Source: Coleofasciculus sp. B1-GNL1-01 (lineage in GTDB: Bacteria; Cyanobacteriota; Cyanobacteriia; Cyanobacteriales; Coleofasciculaceae). From it: a stretch of DNA of 64,000 bases. Below are positions 52,290 to 63,260 of this stretch, in pieces. How positions within the stretch are numbered: position 1 is the stretch's first letter; every line of letters starts with the position of its first letter. The position numbers and the translations under genes are program-made. Under the pieces are notes generated by a model that saw only the letters and a program-made list of their open reading frames with translations, was not told the origin of the DNA and made no database searches. The stretch is from assembly GCA_040220235.1 (NCBI GenBank), contig JAVJTO010000077.1. The stretch is one strand, 5' to 3'.

Positions 52290-52395
52290 TTCCCCCTTTT
52301 GAAGGGGGACGGGAGGGGGATCTAAAAGGGGGACGGAAGGGGGATCTAAAGGGGGGACGGGAGGCGGATCGATAAGGGGGACGGGAGGGAACCGA
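52290..52395. repeat. ~21-bp tandem repeats (AAGGGGGACGGGAGGGGGATC) following a CCCCCTT/AAGGGGG palindrome
   Basis: Four degenerate units visible. Confidence 0.8.
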
Positions 52396-52500
52396 TCAAG
52401 GTATTGCAGAGTTTTAAGCTTAAGATGACACAAATGCGCGTCGGGGCTACCCTACATTTTTTCACCTAATGACAAAGGACAAATGACAAAGGACTAATGA

Positions 52501-55500
52501 CTAATAACTAACAAGACTATTTTCGCGGATAATATCCTTCAACGACCCCACAAACTCTTGTTCCAAATAAGGCTTCGTGAAATACCCACTCGCCCCCAAC
52601 TGCATCGCTAACCAGCGATGTTTTTGACTGCTGCGAGAGGTTAACATGGCAACGGGAACGCTGGACAATTGCGGATCTTGACGCCGTTGACTGAGAAACT
52701 CAAACCCATTCATATTCGGCATCTCAATATCACAAACCACTAACTGCACCGATGCACTTTGCTGCAATTGCTCGATCGCCTCTCGACCATCCCGCGCTTG
52801 TAACACCCGAAAACCTGCCCGTTCCAGGGTTAGCGCTAGGGTTTGTCGCAACGCCACCGCATCATCGACAATCAAAATTGTCGGTACTTGCATCATTTTG
52901 TTAAGAGTAGTTGTATCCCCTGAACCCATCGCCGTTTCGTCTGAAGCCGCTTTCGGTACAGGCGTCGCCGTTGGCGTCATTGCTCCATGGGCAAATTCCA
53001 ACAGCGCAATCCCATCAATCACCGGAATCACACTCCCATCCCCCAAAATCGTACAGCCGTAGGTATAACTAGGGGGAGAAATCGCCGCCCCAAAAGGTTT
53101 AATCACCAATTCTTGTTCTGTAACCAGACGCTCCACTTCCAGAGCAAATATCTGCTGATCCTGACGCAGTACCAACAGGGGTAATTGCCATGTCTCTGGT
53201 GCAGCAACTGAACTTAAGGCTTGACTGGTAAGGCTTTCCGGTAAGGGGCGCTGATACTCCAACAGCTCCCCTAATCGATACGTCGGGACTAATTCTCCCC
53301 GCCAATGGAGAAACCGTTGCGCCCCGGATTTTTTCACTTGGTTGGCTTTGGGAATGATAATTTCTTCAATACTGTCCGAGGGTAACGCTAACACGGTTGT
53401 CCCGATGAAACAGACCAATAATTTGGCGATGGTAAGGGTTAACGGTAGACGTAATGTAAACGTCGTCCCGCCTCCTGGTGTCGAGGTTACCGAAATTTTA
53501 CCTTTGAGCGATCGCAACTGAGTCCGCACCACATCTAACCCCACCCCTCGTCCCGATAACTCGCTGACTTGCTGGGCGGTGGAAAATCCTGGCTCAAAGA
53601 TAAATCCCCACAAACGCGCCTCTGAGATTGTCGCTAATTGGTCACGGGAGACTAATCCCACCTCGACCGCCCGACGCCCAATTCGCTCGGCATTTAACCC
53701 TTGACCATCATCCCGGACTTCAATAATTGTTTGACTTCCCTTGTGATACGCGCGAATCTCCATTTGTCCCGATTCCGGTTTTCCCCGTTGATGCCGAATC
53801 TCAGCAGACTCAATTCCATGGTCAAAGGCATTTCGGAGTAAATGGAGTAACGGATCATAGAGTTTTTCTAACACCGCTTTATCCACCAAAACCCCTGTTC
53901 CGGTTAGTTTCAAATTCACCCGTTTGTGATACGTGTTAGACAGTTCTCGTAATATCCGGGGAAACCGATTCAAGACTTCCCCAATCGGTAACATCCGCGC
54001 CCACATCAGCTCATCCCGCAAGTGGTTGAGCATTTGACGCTGCTGTTCCGTGGTTTGATCGGATTTCTTGGCAAATAGGGCGATATCATCAACCGCTTCT
54101 TCAAGCTGCACCATCTCTTCCAGAATCCCTTGGATTTGGGAATAGAGAGCGCCGTAGCTATCCATTTCCAAGGAGTCAAAATCCGCTAATGTTTTCAGCG
54201 TTCCATCTGGAGCGCGATCCGAGTTTTGAAATCCCAGCGATCGCCCATTACCGCTTGGGGAAATTTGACGAGCCTCCGCACCCGCCATCATCCCATAGCT
54301 GTACCGTTCTGGTGCAACCAGCATCTTATCCGATAAATTTTGCAATTTATTCACAATCTGCCCAAATCGCCCAAATCGATCCAGCAAGGCTCGCACAGAA
54401 CCCTGTAATTGCTGATTCTGGAGGGATAACCCATTGCGGTTAATTGCTAATTCCCCCACCAAGTTATTCATTCGTTCCAGTCGATCTAAATCCACCCGCA
54501 CGGATAGAGTCGGCGTAGGGGCGGGTGAACGAGGAGGAGTCGATGCAACGGGATTGTTGCTGGTTAGCTGATCAGTTAAAGACGCCGTGAGATTACGCTG
54601 ATCCAATGGATTGGAAACCAACGAATTCCCTTGAAACAGAGTTAATTGCGACGCCTCTTCCAGGGCGGGAAGTTGATCAAAAACTTGCTCAATCGATTGA
54701 ATCGCAACATCCAGGTTGATCGGTTCAGTCGGAACTAATGCAGAGGGTTCAGGTACGACATCCGCTTCGATGTCGGTGACGGTTTCGGGAGTAACCTGGA
54801 GGTATTCCTCCGTTTGGGCGAATATAGAACTCTCCTCGTTAACCTCTTGTGTCTCTAAAATCTCCTCACCTTCAGACGTACCAAAAATATCGTCTAACGA
54901 GGGAATGGATGAGGGTGATTCTGCTGTGGCTGGCAGGTTATACGGTTCAGTCTCTTGAGAAAACAAATCGGCGAGTAAAGGAAGCGTTTCTGGTGACGCC
55001 GCGATCGCATCTTCCTCTGTATAGGCTTCAATTGGTTGTCCTGCGGACTCTTCCTCGTCTATCGAAACCTCAGTTAATGGCAATCCCCATTGCCAATCAC
55101 TCGTTTCCCACTCCTGAGAAACCCTTCGACTTCGCTCAGGGTTAACCGTTGCTGGGGTGGGAGACTCAGCCAGGGAAACTAAAGCCTCAGACGGATTTCC
55201 TCCCGTTGTTGGTTCACCAGAGAGAACCGCTTGACGGCTGAGTTCAAAATCAGCTAGAGCTAATTGCGTAACCTCTATAGCCCTGTCAGGGTGAACCTCC
55301 AGCGCCTGTTGTGCCGTTTGGGCGATCGCGCCAAATCCGGGCAAGTTTAAGAACTCAGCAAATCCGGCAAACACTTCAATTTGGGCGCGTAATTCTCCCG
55401 CCACTTCATAAGCCTGAGGATTCGCTACCACGGTAGCAAGACGTTCCAACCCTTCAGCGACATCGACTTCAAAAATCGACACCGCCATATTGATCCCCAA

Positions 55501-55947
55501 TTCAGCGGAACTGGGCATATAACTATCTGCCTGAGTCAGAGCATCTCCCAATCGTGCCTCAATTTGGTCAAAAATGGGAGTCCCCGTGGATATAGCCGCA
55601 TCCGCATCAAAGGAACCGGTGGTAATTTGCGATTTCAGCGGCACACTCAGACAGTCATAAGCTTGTAGCAGTTTATTTTCTAGCTCAATGTCAATATCAA
55701 CGGTATCACTATACAGTGCCTTAAAGATATTTTCCAAGCGGTGAGCTAGAGTCGCGATCGCCTCTAATTCAACACTGGCTGCGCCCCCTTTTAACGAGTG
55801 AGCCGCTCGCATTAATTCGTGAACTTTGGCAGTGCTGCGCTCATCTCTGAGATTTAATAACCCTGTTTCTAAGGTCTGTAAAAGTTCTGGTGCCTCGGCA
55901 ATAAAAAACTGATAGGCTTGGTCACGAATATCGGGATTAATTGCCAT
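52501..55947 (-). CDS. cheA: Hybrid CheA histidine kinase (Hpt, kinase, CheW, receiver)
   Basis: AHSLKG, HLLRNAFDHG, DDGQG, SGRGVGLD, C-terminal DIEMP receiver. Confidence 0.95.
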   Translation of the reverse strand: MAINPDIRDQAYQFFIAEAPELLQTLETGLLNLRDERSTAKVHELMRAAHSLKGGAASVELEAIATLAHRLENIFKALYSDTVDIDIELENKLLQAYDCLSVPLKSQITTGSFDADAAISTGTPIFDQIEARLGDALTQADSYMPSSAELGINMAVSIFEVDVAEGLERLATVVANPQAYEVAGELRAQIEVFAGFAEFLNLPGFGAIAQTAQQALEVHPDRAIEVTQLALADFELSRQAVLSGEPTTGGNPSEALVSLAESPTPATVNPERSRRVSQEWETSDWQWGLPLTEVSIDEEESAGQPIEAYTEEDAIAASPETLPLLADLFSQETEPYNLPATAESPSSIPSLDDIFGTSEGEEILETQEVNEESSIFAQTEEYLQVTPETVTDIEADVVPEPSALVPTEPINLDVAIQSIEQVFDQLPALEEASQLTLFQGNSLVSNPLDQRNLTASLTDQLTSNNPVASTPPRSPAPTPTLSVRVDLDRLERMNNLVGELAINRNGLSLQNQQLQGSVRALLDRFGRFGQIVNKLQNLSDKMLVAPERYSYGMMAGAEARQISPSGNGRSLGFQNSDRAPDGTLKTLADFDSLEMDSYGALYSQIQGILEEMVQLEEAVDDIALFAKKSDQTTEQQRQMLNHLRDELMWARMLPIGEVLNRFPRILRELSNTYHKRVNLKLTGTGVLVDKAVLEKLYDPLLHLLRNAFDHGIESAEIRHQRGKPESGQMEIRAYHKGSQTIIEVRDDGQGLNAERIGRRAVEVGLVSRDQLATISEARLWGFIFEPGFSTAQQVSELSGRGVGLDVVRTQLRSLKGKISVTSTPGGGTTFTLRLPLTLTIAKLLVCFIGTTVLALPSDSIEEIIIPKANQVKKSGAQRFLHWRGELVPTYRLGELLEYQRPLPESLTSQALSSVAAPETWQLPLLVLRQDQQIFALEVERLVTEQELVIKPFGAAISPPSYTYGCTILGDGSVIPVIDGIALLEFAHGAMTPTATPVPKAASDETAMGSGDTTTLNKMMQVPTILIVDDAVALRQTLALTLERAGFRVLQARDGREAIEQLQQSASVQLVVCDIEMPNMNGFEFLSQRRQDPQLSSVPVAMLTSRSSQKHRWLAMQLGASGYFTKPYLEQEFVGSLKDIIRENSLVSY

Positions 55948-55950
55948 ATT

Positions 55951-56020
55951 TTCGTCCTTTGTCCTTGGTCATTAGTCCTTGGTCATTAGTCTTTGGTCAT
56001 TCGTCCTTTGTGCTTGGTCA
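55951..56020. repeat. Heptamer array (TTNGTCM) x10
   Basis: Begins 3 bp from the cheA start codon. Confidence 0.9.
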
Positions 56021-56056
56021 CAGTTTCTTGATTGAGTGGAAACTGCTATCCTTAGC

Positions 56057-56186
56057 TAAGCTGTTCGGCATTTAAACCATAATGTCAAGAATTGCGAAAT
56101 CCTTGCCGTAGTAGTGCGAGCATCTTGCTCGCTACATTGAGCATCTTGCTCGCTACCCATTCCCAATTTAAATGCGTGACAGCTTA
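56057..56186. mobile_element. MITE family B copy with an internal 21-bp duplication
   Basis: Same termini as 21204-21306; GAGCATCTTGCTCGCTAC present twice. Confidence 0.88.
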
Positions 56187-56216
56187 GAGCATAGTTTTAT
56201 TAGCGAGGGTGTAAAG

Positions 56217-56612
56217 ATGTCCAGTAAGAGATTCCAAGATTTACAGGTTTACCAGTTGGCAGAACGATTAGCTAATGAAATCTGGACAATTGTGAACGAC
56301 TGGAATGGTTTTACTAGAGATACCGTAGGTAAACAGATTGTTCGTTCAGCGGATAGCATTGGTGCCAACATAGCAGAGGGAGTAGGGCGAGGAAGTTTTC
56401 AAGACAATCGGCGATTTATTCGGATCGCTAGAGGCTCTTTGAATGAAACTCAACACTGGCTAAGACAAGCGTACATTCGCCATCTATTAACTGATGAACA
56501 AGTAGATACACTTAAATCAATCATTGATGAACTCGCCCCAAAACTCAATGCCTACCTAAAATCAATTGGTGATCACCCTAGTTCCAATCAACAAATGACA
56601 AATGACAAATGA
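56217..56612 (+). CDS. Four-helix-bundle protein (23S rRNA IVS protein / Avd-like)
   Basis: FQDLQVYQ, QIVRSADSIGANIAEG.GR, FIRIARGSLNETQHWL; the ORF-track start at 56172 lies inside the MITE. Confidence 0.9.
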   Translation: MSSKRFQDLQVYQLAERLANEIWTIVNDWNGFTRDTVGKQIVRSADSIGANIAEGVGRGSFQDNRRFIRIARGSLNETQHWLRQAYIRHLLTDEQVDTLKSIIDELAPKLNAYLKSIGDHPSSNQQMTNDK

Positions 56613-56658
56613 CGAATGACGAATGACGAATGACGAATGACGAATGACGAATGACTAA
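56596..56658. repeat. Heptamer array (TGACNAA) x9
   Basis: Overlaps the four-helix gene stop and the MCP stop. Confidence 0.92.
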
Positions 56659-59573
56659 TTCAATTTAAACTGACCCACTTCTGCCTGTAACGCTTGCGCC
56701 ACTTGTCGGAGTTGTTCAAATGAGTACGATACGTCACTAGCTCCTGTGGATGTTTGAGCCGCAATATTTGCCACTTTTGTCATTGTTTCCGTCACCGATT
56801 CAGAGGCTCGTGTCTGAATTAATGTGGCTTCGGTAATCGCTTCAACCAGGTCACTAATCTTGTTGGATACAGAGGTAATCTTGTTCAGAGAAGCACGAGT
56901 TTCATCCACGAGTTTTGTACCCATAACCACCTGTTCTGTCCCAGCTTCCATTGCGGTTACCACCTCGTTGGTTTCGGCTTGAATTGCCGCCACCAGCTTT
57001 TCAATTTCGCTAGTCGCATCAGCAGACTGTTGAGCCAGCGATCGCACTTCGTCAGCAACCACCGCAAACCCTCGTCCTTCTTCCCCGGCGCGGGCTGCCT
57101 CAATGGAGGCGTTGAGCGCCAGCAAGTTGGTTTGGGCGGCAAAGGTGCTAATCAGGTTAACAACCGTGGAAATCTTTTGTGACGATTCACCCAAGTGTTT
57201 GACTTTTTTCGCCGTTTCTGCTACCGTTTCGCGAATGGCGAGAATCCCGTCTACAGTACGGTTCATCGCCTGGTCTCCTTCTTGTACCATCTGACCCGCT
57301 TCTTGCACCGCCGTTAACGCTTGTTCGGCGTTTGCGGCAACCATTCGCACCGACTGAGCCATTTCCTGGGCGCGGTCAAGGGCGACGGAAATTTCTTCGG
57401 CTTGGTGCAGCGCTTCTTCGGCTAGGGATTGTACCGCCACTTCATTACTGCTCGTGGTATCCGCCACTTGACCCGCCGCTGCTTGCACCTGAGTAACAAT
57501 TTTCCGCAGGTTAGCAACTGTGGCATTATAAGAGTCTGCCACTGTACCGATTTCATCTTCGGTGACTCGTGCGCGAATGGTTAGGTCACCTTTACTAATC
57601 GGGTCTACCTCCTTCAGCAGTTCTAAAGCTCGCTGTTGCAACCCTTCTTTCAGTAGCCGCTGTTCTTCCGCCAGGTTTCGGGTTTGGTCAAGTAGGGTGA
57701 GTCGGTCAAGGGACAATCGCATCTGATCGGCTAAGCGTTGGAGAAAATCAATGTCCCCAGGTTGCCATTCGTGGGACTTTTGGCAGTGGTGAACGCTAAG
57801 TAAGGCAAAGGGTTGACCTTGCGACATCAGTAAAACATCCAGGGTAGACTTAACTTCCAGATGTTCCATAAACTTCAACTGTTCAGGTGCTAACCCGGCG
57901 GTGGCAACATTCGTAATTGCCAAAATCCCGTCATCACTGTGAGTCGCTAGCTGTTTTGGTGACAAGGGGGGATATTTGATATTGCTATTGAACGCATGAA
58001 ACTGACCCCCAGTAACGGATTCAGCCGCAACCTCACCACTACCATCGGGGTTAAGGCGATAGACAATCACCCGGTCAGCTTTATAGATTTTGCGAGCATT
58101 GATCACGGCAATGTCGAAAATATCTTGAATCGCTTGGGCGTCAAAGGAACGGACACTGGTAATCTCTGCCAGCAAGTTTGCCTTTTCTGCTGCCAAGGTT
58201 TGTTCCTGCACCAGGGTTCCAATCTGTTGAGCCATGTCGTTGATGTTTTCACCCAAGACAGCCATTTCGTCTTCCCCAGCCACGTCTAGACGAGTATCCA
58301 AGTTTCCCTGACCAATTTTGGTGACCGCATCGGCTGCACTCACAATCGGACGAGTGGCACGGTTGGCAATGGCGGCGGCTACCGCTGATACGAGTAAAGC
58401 GGTGAGTGCTGTACCACTGGCTAGGGCAAGAAGTAACCGTCGCTGCGGTTCAAACGCAATCTTGGTGGGTGTGGCAACCATCGCCGTCCAGGGTAGGTCT
58501 TGCACCCCTTCCAATTGTTGTTCAGGAGCGTAGGCTAACAACTCTTGAGCACTTTGAACCGTATCTGTTGTCACTGTACTTCCTGATTTCCCTGCGGTTT
58601 TCAATTGCTCAAAATTCACAAACACGTCTGAGGCACTCTTACCCTGCACATCTGGCTGGTTCGATACGAAAATTTCAGCACCGCCCTCAGATAAGTCAAG
58701 TAAATAGTATTCGTCACCGCCAAACCCGAAGTTGGAAATCAGGTCATCGAGGGCTTCTACAGGCATACGAGATCGGATCACGCCAATGGTTTTCCCGGTG
58801 GCATCTTTTACGGGTGCAGCCGTGTGAATCACAAATTTGCCACTGGATTCAGAGATTGTGGGGTTATCGATATAGGGTCCATCCAGTTTGAGGGCAGCTT
58901 GAATGTATTCGCGATCGCTGTGATTCGGTAGAGGATCTCCCTGAGACTGTACAATTACATTGCCCTGGAGATCAAACACAGCAATGCTGTCATAGATTTT
59001 GTAGAAATCGACGTAGTTGTCGAGAGTGGCTTGTTTTTGAGCCAGAGTTGTTGAATCAACCAGCTCCGGATCAGTGAGAATTTGCAGACTCGCCAGAATC
59101 TGAATATCCCCGTACCGTTCCCGCATGAAACGAACCACCTTATCTTCAATACCTTCAGCACGGGCGATTTTCGCGTTGCCAATTTCTTGAGCAATTGCTC
59201 GGTCAGCAAAATAGTAGGCAGTGATTCCGGTTACCAGTACAGGAAGCGTACCAATAATGATTGCTAATGCTGTGGCTTTATTTCGCAGATTCAGCCGTTG
59301 CCACCAAGAGGTTGATGACTGTGATTTGGGAATGGTTTGAGTCTTTGCCTTGTATCCTTCCCCATCAAATTCTAGTTGTTTGAAAGCCTTTGGGGTTTGA
59401 GTTGAGAGACTGTTATCAGAAAGGGGATAATCATTGAGTACTGAACCATTATCATTGGATGTCAGATTGGAGATAGCACCGTTATTATTTGTGGAGTTTG
59501 TATTGGGTGATGTTTGAGTCATGATAGAAACCTCGTCGTTGAACATCAATAGGGTACGAGAGATACTACTCAA
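56655..59573 (-). CDS. Methyl-accepting chemotaxis protein (TM-Cache-TM-HAMP-GAF-HAMP-MA)
   Basis: [27 protein letters not shown]; two TM segments; [11 protein letters not shown]; start may be MTQTSP (59522). Confidence 0.93.
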   Translation of the reverse strand: MSSISRTLLMFNDEVSIMTQTSPNTNSTNNNGAISNLTSNDNGSVLNDYPLSDNSLSTQTPKAFKQLEFDGEGYKAKTQTIPKSQSSTSWWQRLNLRNKATALAIIIGTLPVLVTGITAYYFADRAIAQEIGNAKIARAEGIEDKVVRFMRERYGDIQILASLQILTDPELVDSTTLAQKQATLDNYVDFYKIYDSIAVFDLQGNVIVQSQGDPLPNHSDREYIQAALKLDGPYIDNPTISESSGKFVIHTAAPVKDATGKTIGVIRSRMPVEALDDLISNFGFGGDEYYLLDLSEGGAEIFVSNQPDVQGKSASDVFVNFEQLKTAGKSGSTVTTDTVQSAQELLAYAPEQQLEGVQDLPWTAMVATPTKIAFEPQRRLLLALASGTALTALLVSAVAAAIANRATRPIVSAADAVTKIGQGNLDTRLDVAGEDEMAVLGENINDMAQQIGTLVQEQTLAAEKANLLAEITSVRSFDAQAIQDIFDIAVINARKIYKADRVIVYRLNPDGSGEVAAESVTGGQFHAFNSNIKYPPLSPKQLATHSDDGILAITNVATAGLAPEQLKFMEHLEVKSTLDVLLMSQGQPFALLSVHHCQKSHEWQPGDIDFLQRLADQMRLSLDRLTLLDQTRNLAEEQRLLKEGLQQRALELLKEVDPISKGDLTIRARVTEDEIGTVADSYNATVANLRKIVTQVQAAAGQVADTTSSNEVAVQSLAEEALHQAEEISVALDRAQEMAQSVRMVAANAEQALTAVQEAGQMVQEGDQAMNRTVDGILAIRETVAETAKKVKHLGESSQKISTVVNLISTFAAQTNLLALNASIEAARAGEEGRGFAVVADEVRSLAQQSADATSEIEKLVAAIQAETNEVVTAMEAGTEQVVMGTKLVDETRASLNKITSVSNKISDLVEAITEATLIQTRASESVTETMTKVANIAAQTSTGASDVSYSFEQLRQVAQALQAEVGQFKLN

Positions 59574-59785
59574 CTATTCCGCAAGTCAAAAGAAAGCCTT
59601 GCGTTTGGTTAAGCAATACCAGATAGTGCTATGAAATTAAGCGAAATTTTTGGGGTTATATTGATCAGCCGTCGTCAATTGGCTGATTTTGAGAAATGTT
59701 TGATAGACGCAACTCTTGGTTCAAAGGATCTAGCTAACTTGACACCTCACCAGTTTGACAAATGACAAATGACAAATGACAAAAT

Positions 59786-60358
59786 TTACTGAATTTTGGG
59801 CATGGCTTCGGTAATAGCTGTGCCATCGAGAACGGCTAACATCTCACCACTGGATTTCACCCAATATCCCCGCAAAAATGGTGCAAGTTCGGGAGTGACG
59901 GGAGCAGAGGGTGGGGATTGAATCCCATCGGGGTTGCACCATTCCATATCTTCGATGCGGTTAACCACAAGTCCTAGAATATGGCTTTTTACCTGAGTAG
60001 AGTTGTGCGATGAAGAACGAGTATGTAACACAATTGCTGTGTAGTTGGAAACCCCCGTTATCTGCTGATACCAAGGCGTGAGTCCCACTAAATGTCCGAT
60101 ATCCACCATCCAGAGAATCTCACCCCGCCAGTTATACACACCCATAACCCAAGCGGGTGTATGAGGAATGGGTACAATCTGACCAATGGGAATATGCAAC
60201 ACCTCCGTCAACTGTCTAACTGACAACAAAGCCGTTGTATCGGGTAGCAGATGAAACCGCAAAAACTGTTCTGTGTCGCTAGCTACAGACGCAGGCGATC
60301 GCGGCTGGATCTCTATGGATGATGATAAGCGGTTTTGGGTTGATAAAGTGTCAGACAT
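59786..60358 (-). CDS. cheW: CheW coupling protein
   Basis: IVPIPH.PAWVMGVYNWRGEILW. Confidence 0.92.
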   Translation of the reverse strand: MSDTLSTQNRLSSSIEIQPRSPASVASDTEQFLRFHLLPDTTALLSVRQLTEVLHIPIGQIVPIPHTPAWVMGVYNWRGEILWMVDIGHLVGLTPWYQQITGVSNYTAIVLHTRSSSHNSTQVKSHILGLVVNRIEDMEWCNPDGIQSPPSAPVTPELAPFLRGYWVKSSGEMLAVLDGTAITEAMPKIQ

Positions 60359-60364
60359 GGTAAG

Positions 60365-60514
60365 GAACTGTTTTGTTTGTAGTAGGCACTTTAGTACCTT
60401 CTGCTTGACTTACCAGCACTAAAGTGCTGACTACGAACTGTTTTGTTTGTAGTAGGCACTTTAGTGCCTTATCCTTGACTTATTAGCACTAAAGTGCTGA
60501 CTACGAACCGTTTT
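60365..60514. repeat. Two tandem 70-bp units, each an inverted pair of GTAG-headed palindromes
   Basis: GTAGTAGGCACTTTAGTRCCT...AGCACTAAAGTGCTGACTAC repeated with period 70. Confidence 0.9.
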
Positions 60515-60516
60515 AA

Positions 60517-60882
60517 TTAGGGGCGAATGAGCTGTTTAACTGTTCGGACAAGCTCATTTTGATCCACGGGTTTAGCCAGGTAAGCATCTGCTCCCTGTTT
60601 CATGCCCCAAAATTTATCCATTTCGCCTCCTTTTGTCGAACAAATAACGACAGGAATATTGCTAGTTTCAGCCGCCGTTTTTAATTCACGGCAGACTTCA
60701 AAACCACTGCGACCCGGTAGCACGATGTCTAAAATAATCACATCCGGTTTTTGCGTGCTAATTTTAGCCAAAGCCTCTTCGCCACTATGGGCAACTAAGA
60801 CATTGATACCACCTTGCTGTAAGCAACTGGTAATAATTTGCATATCCGTTGAGGAATCTTCAACAACTAGAGCTGTTCCCAT
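60517..60882 (-). CDS. Single-domain CheY-like response regulator
   Basis: VEDS, LDIVLP, CSTK, YLAKP. Confidence 0.93.
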   Translation of the reverse strand: MGTALVVEDSSTDMQIITSCLQQGGINVLVAHSGEEALAKISTQKPDVIILDIVLPGRSGFEVCRELKTAAETSNIPVVICSTKGGEMDKFWGMKQGADAYLAKPVDQNELVRTVKQLIRP

Positions 60883-60982
60883 GGTAATTACCTACCTAAT
60901 GAATACAAACGAATTTGGTCAATGAGAGTTATTGTTAACTTCATTTTTACTCATCCTAAAAGTAAGGATGAACGATGAAGAA

Positions 60983-62347
60983 TCAATAAACACCCTGTTT
61001 TATATGTTTATGGAGTACCGTGAGCAAATTCCTGGAATTTAAAGGTTTGCTCAAGAAATCCGAGGCTCCAACAAATTTGGCGTGAAGTCGATCCGCTGCC
61101 CCATCTTTTCCAGTTAAAAAGACAATGGGCGTGTTTTGAAAACAGGACAGTTTGCGTAATTGAGTGCAAAGCTCATATCCGTTGACATTTGGCATCACCA
61201 GGTCTAAAAAGATTAAATCGGGTTTGCGTACCAAAAGAGTGGGAATGGCTCGCAAGGCATTTTCCACACCAAGAAATCGGTAACCTGCCGCCCCGATTAC
61301 TTTTTCCATGGTGTGAATCACCCAACGACTGTCATCTACACAAGCCACCAGGGATTGAGTTGAGGTTGCGTTTGCGCTTGTGAGCGGTGTTTTCGGCAGG
61401 TTGGCTTTTCCAGAAGTGGGAGTAATACCCGTGGGATAAGCTTTAACCTTCTCTTTCCCTGGCTCTAAGACGCGCCGTGGCAAGACTTGCCGTGGCGAGA
61501 CGTGCCGTGGCTCGTCTCTACATTTTTCTCGGCTTTCCTGCTTGTCAGCACCAACATTTTCTCTATTCCTTACCGTATTGGAAGTGGGTGCTGGTAAATC
61601 GGGAATATCAGTTAGTTCTACCCAGCCTGATTTCAGGTAAGGCATTAACGCTTGAGCAATATCCCCAACATGCCGACGCTGTTTTACGGCTAAGTCACGT
61701 AATGTATGGTGTCCGTCGAGTAAGTTAGTTAATGTTTGGTAAACCTCGACGGAACGGTTGTTTCGTAACTGTTCCGGTTGTTTAATAACCGGAGCTTGAT
61801 TGGGAGAGTAATCCGCAAGCTGGGCATTGTGCCAAGTTTGCCACAACGATTGGACTTGTGCGATCGCTTGATTAATTTCAATCAAAACCAGTTTCGTGGG
61901 TAACGAATAATTATGCTGGATTTGATGGGTTACTTGCTTCGCTTGCACGAGATCGAACACAACCTCAGTCAGCACAGCACGAATCATATTGGCGGCTTGT
62001 TTGGGAGTGATTCGTCGCTGCTTGACCCATAAACACAATAGCTGATAGTCCCAGCATTTTTTCACATTGATACTGGCTAGATCACTCCGAATTGTGTCAG
62101 GATGAGTCAAAATTTGAGGGCAGTGAATGGCTAAATTACGTTGCCACCGTCTCACAGGATGAACTCCTCCTGTGGCATAAAGGATACCGCCTAGGTGTAA
62201 AAAAAAGATCCATTGGTGTCCCGTTGGATCGTTCAACACCAGTTCACCGCTAAACTGAAATCGCTGTAAGGTTCTAAGAGACCGAACTTGCTCTAGGGAA
62301 GAGAGCGTTGGAGTTGAGATTACAGAGGGAATTTGTCTAGCCGTCAT
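60983..62347 (-). CDS. PatA-family response regulator (PATAN plus receiver)
   Basis: YATGGVHPVRRWQR PATAN motif; C-terminal CVDDS, LDLVMP, SKP. Confidence 0.9.
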   Translation of the reverse strand: MTARQIPSVISTPTLSSLEQVRSLRTLQRFQFSGELVLNDPTGHQWIFFLHLGGILYATGGVHPVRRWQRNLAIHCPQILTHPDTIRSDLASINVKKCWDYQLLCLWVKQRRITPKQAANMIRAVLTEVVFDLVQAKQVTHQIQHNYSLPTKLVLIEINQAIAQVQSLWQTWHNAQLADYSPNQAPVIKQPEQLRNNRSVEVYQTLTNLLDGHHTLRDLAVKQRRHVGDIAQALMPYLKSGWVELTDIPDLPAPTSNTVRNRENVGADKQESREKCRDEPRHVSPRQVLPRRVLEPGKEKVKAYPTGITPTSGKANLPKTPLTSANATSTQSLVACVDDSRWVIHTMEKVIGAAGYRFLGVENALRAIPTLLVRKPDLIFLDLVMPNVNGYELCTQLRKLSCFQNTPIVFLTGKDGAADRLHAKFVGASDFLSKPLNSRNLLTVLHKHIKQGVY

Positions 62348-63260
62348 CGGTTTCTTGCTATGACTAAGGGTTTAACAAAAGCCAGAAATGTCTAATAATG
62401 TCGGTGTTTTATACCCGCGTTAGACTTCAGTCGCTTTTGAAGGGAACATCACCCTGAAACCTTAGTTAGACAAAGTTTTTTCGTCTAAAAAAGACTATCT
62501 TTGCCAACTCTCAGAAGATTTTGAAATTTCTCTATCAGGGAACTAAACAGAAGTGCAATCACTACAGCGCTCTGAGCGATATCAGACCTAGAATTGTAGA
62601 TGCTGGTCTGATGAATGAACACTCTGTATCCCTACAATTAAGCTTGGATTTCTTCAGCGTTATGCAATGAAGCCGTTGGCGCATTCAGTCATCCAAAACC
62701 TTAGAGATTCAAAATTAGTCAATCGCGAGTGGTAGAAGTCCCTACTTGGCTCAACTCTTTTTGGGGAGAATTAAAATGTGCAGTTGGTTGGTTTGGCACG
62801 TTTGACTCCTGATCGATCAGAGTTGAGTTTTTTGGCGTTGTCTTACACGTTAGACAACCTGTAATACAGACTAACTTACTTCCGTATATTTGTCTAGAGG
62901 ACTCGGAGATGAATTGACTATTTCAGGTAATTTTTCGACAAAGCTTTACAAAAGACTCAGTTTCCTAAAGTTCAGATTAGTCCTGAGTCAGAATTGCTTG
63001 AGAAATACTAGGTAAATTAACTCAATCTATAATTCCCCTTAACCTTGACCATTGGTTTCAATAGCGGGGCAGACTCAAGGCATTAAAGAAGTAAACTTTT
63101 TATCTATTCAAGATATTATTTATAATTCAACAACATTGGAATCTTGAATTATTCTTGCTCGGTGTATTGTTAATATATCTTTACATTAAGCGATAAAAAA
63201 ATGGGTAAAATTACTGATATAGCAGATGACCAATAACGAAATGTAAACGTTTTCCGAAAT

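Noticed and set aside
52057..52433. Three overlapping short ORFs
   Set aside because: They derive from palindromic and 21-bp repeats
56217..56612. Diversity-generating retroelement (Avd-like gene)
   Set aside because: No reverse transcriptase and no TR/VR pair with A-specific mismatches was seen in the window
60365..60514. Possible mini-CRISPR (70-bp period)
   Set aside because: The whole unit is duplicated, including the would-be spacer; it has REP-doublet structure
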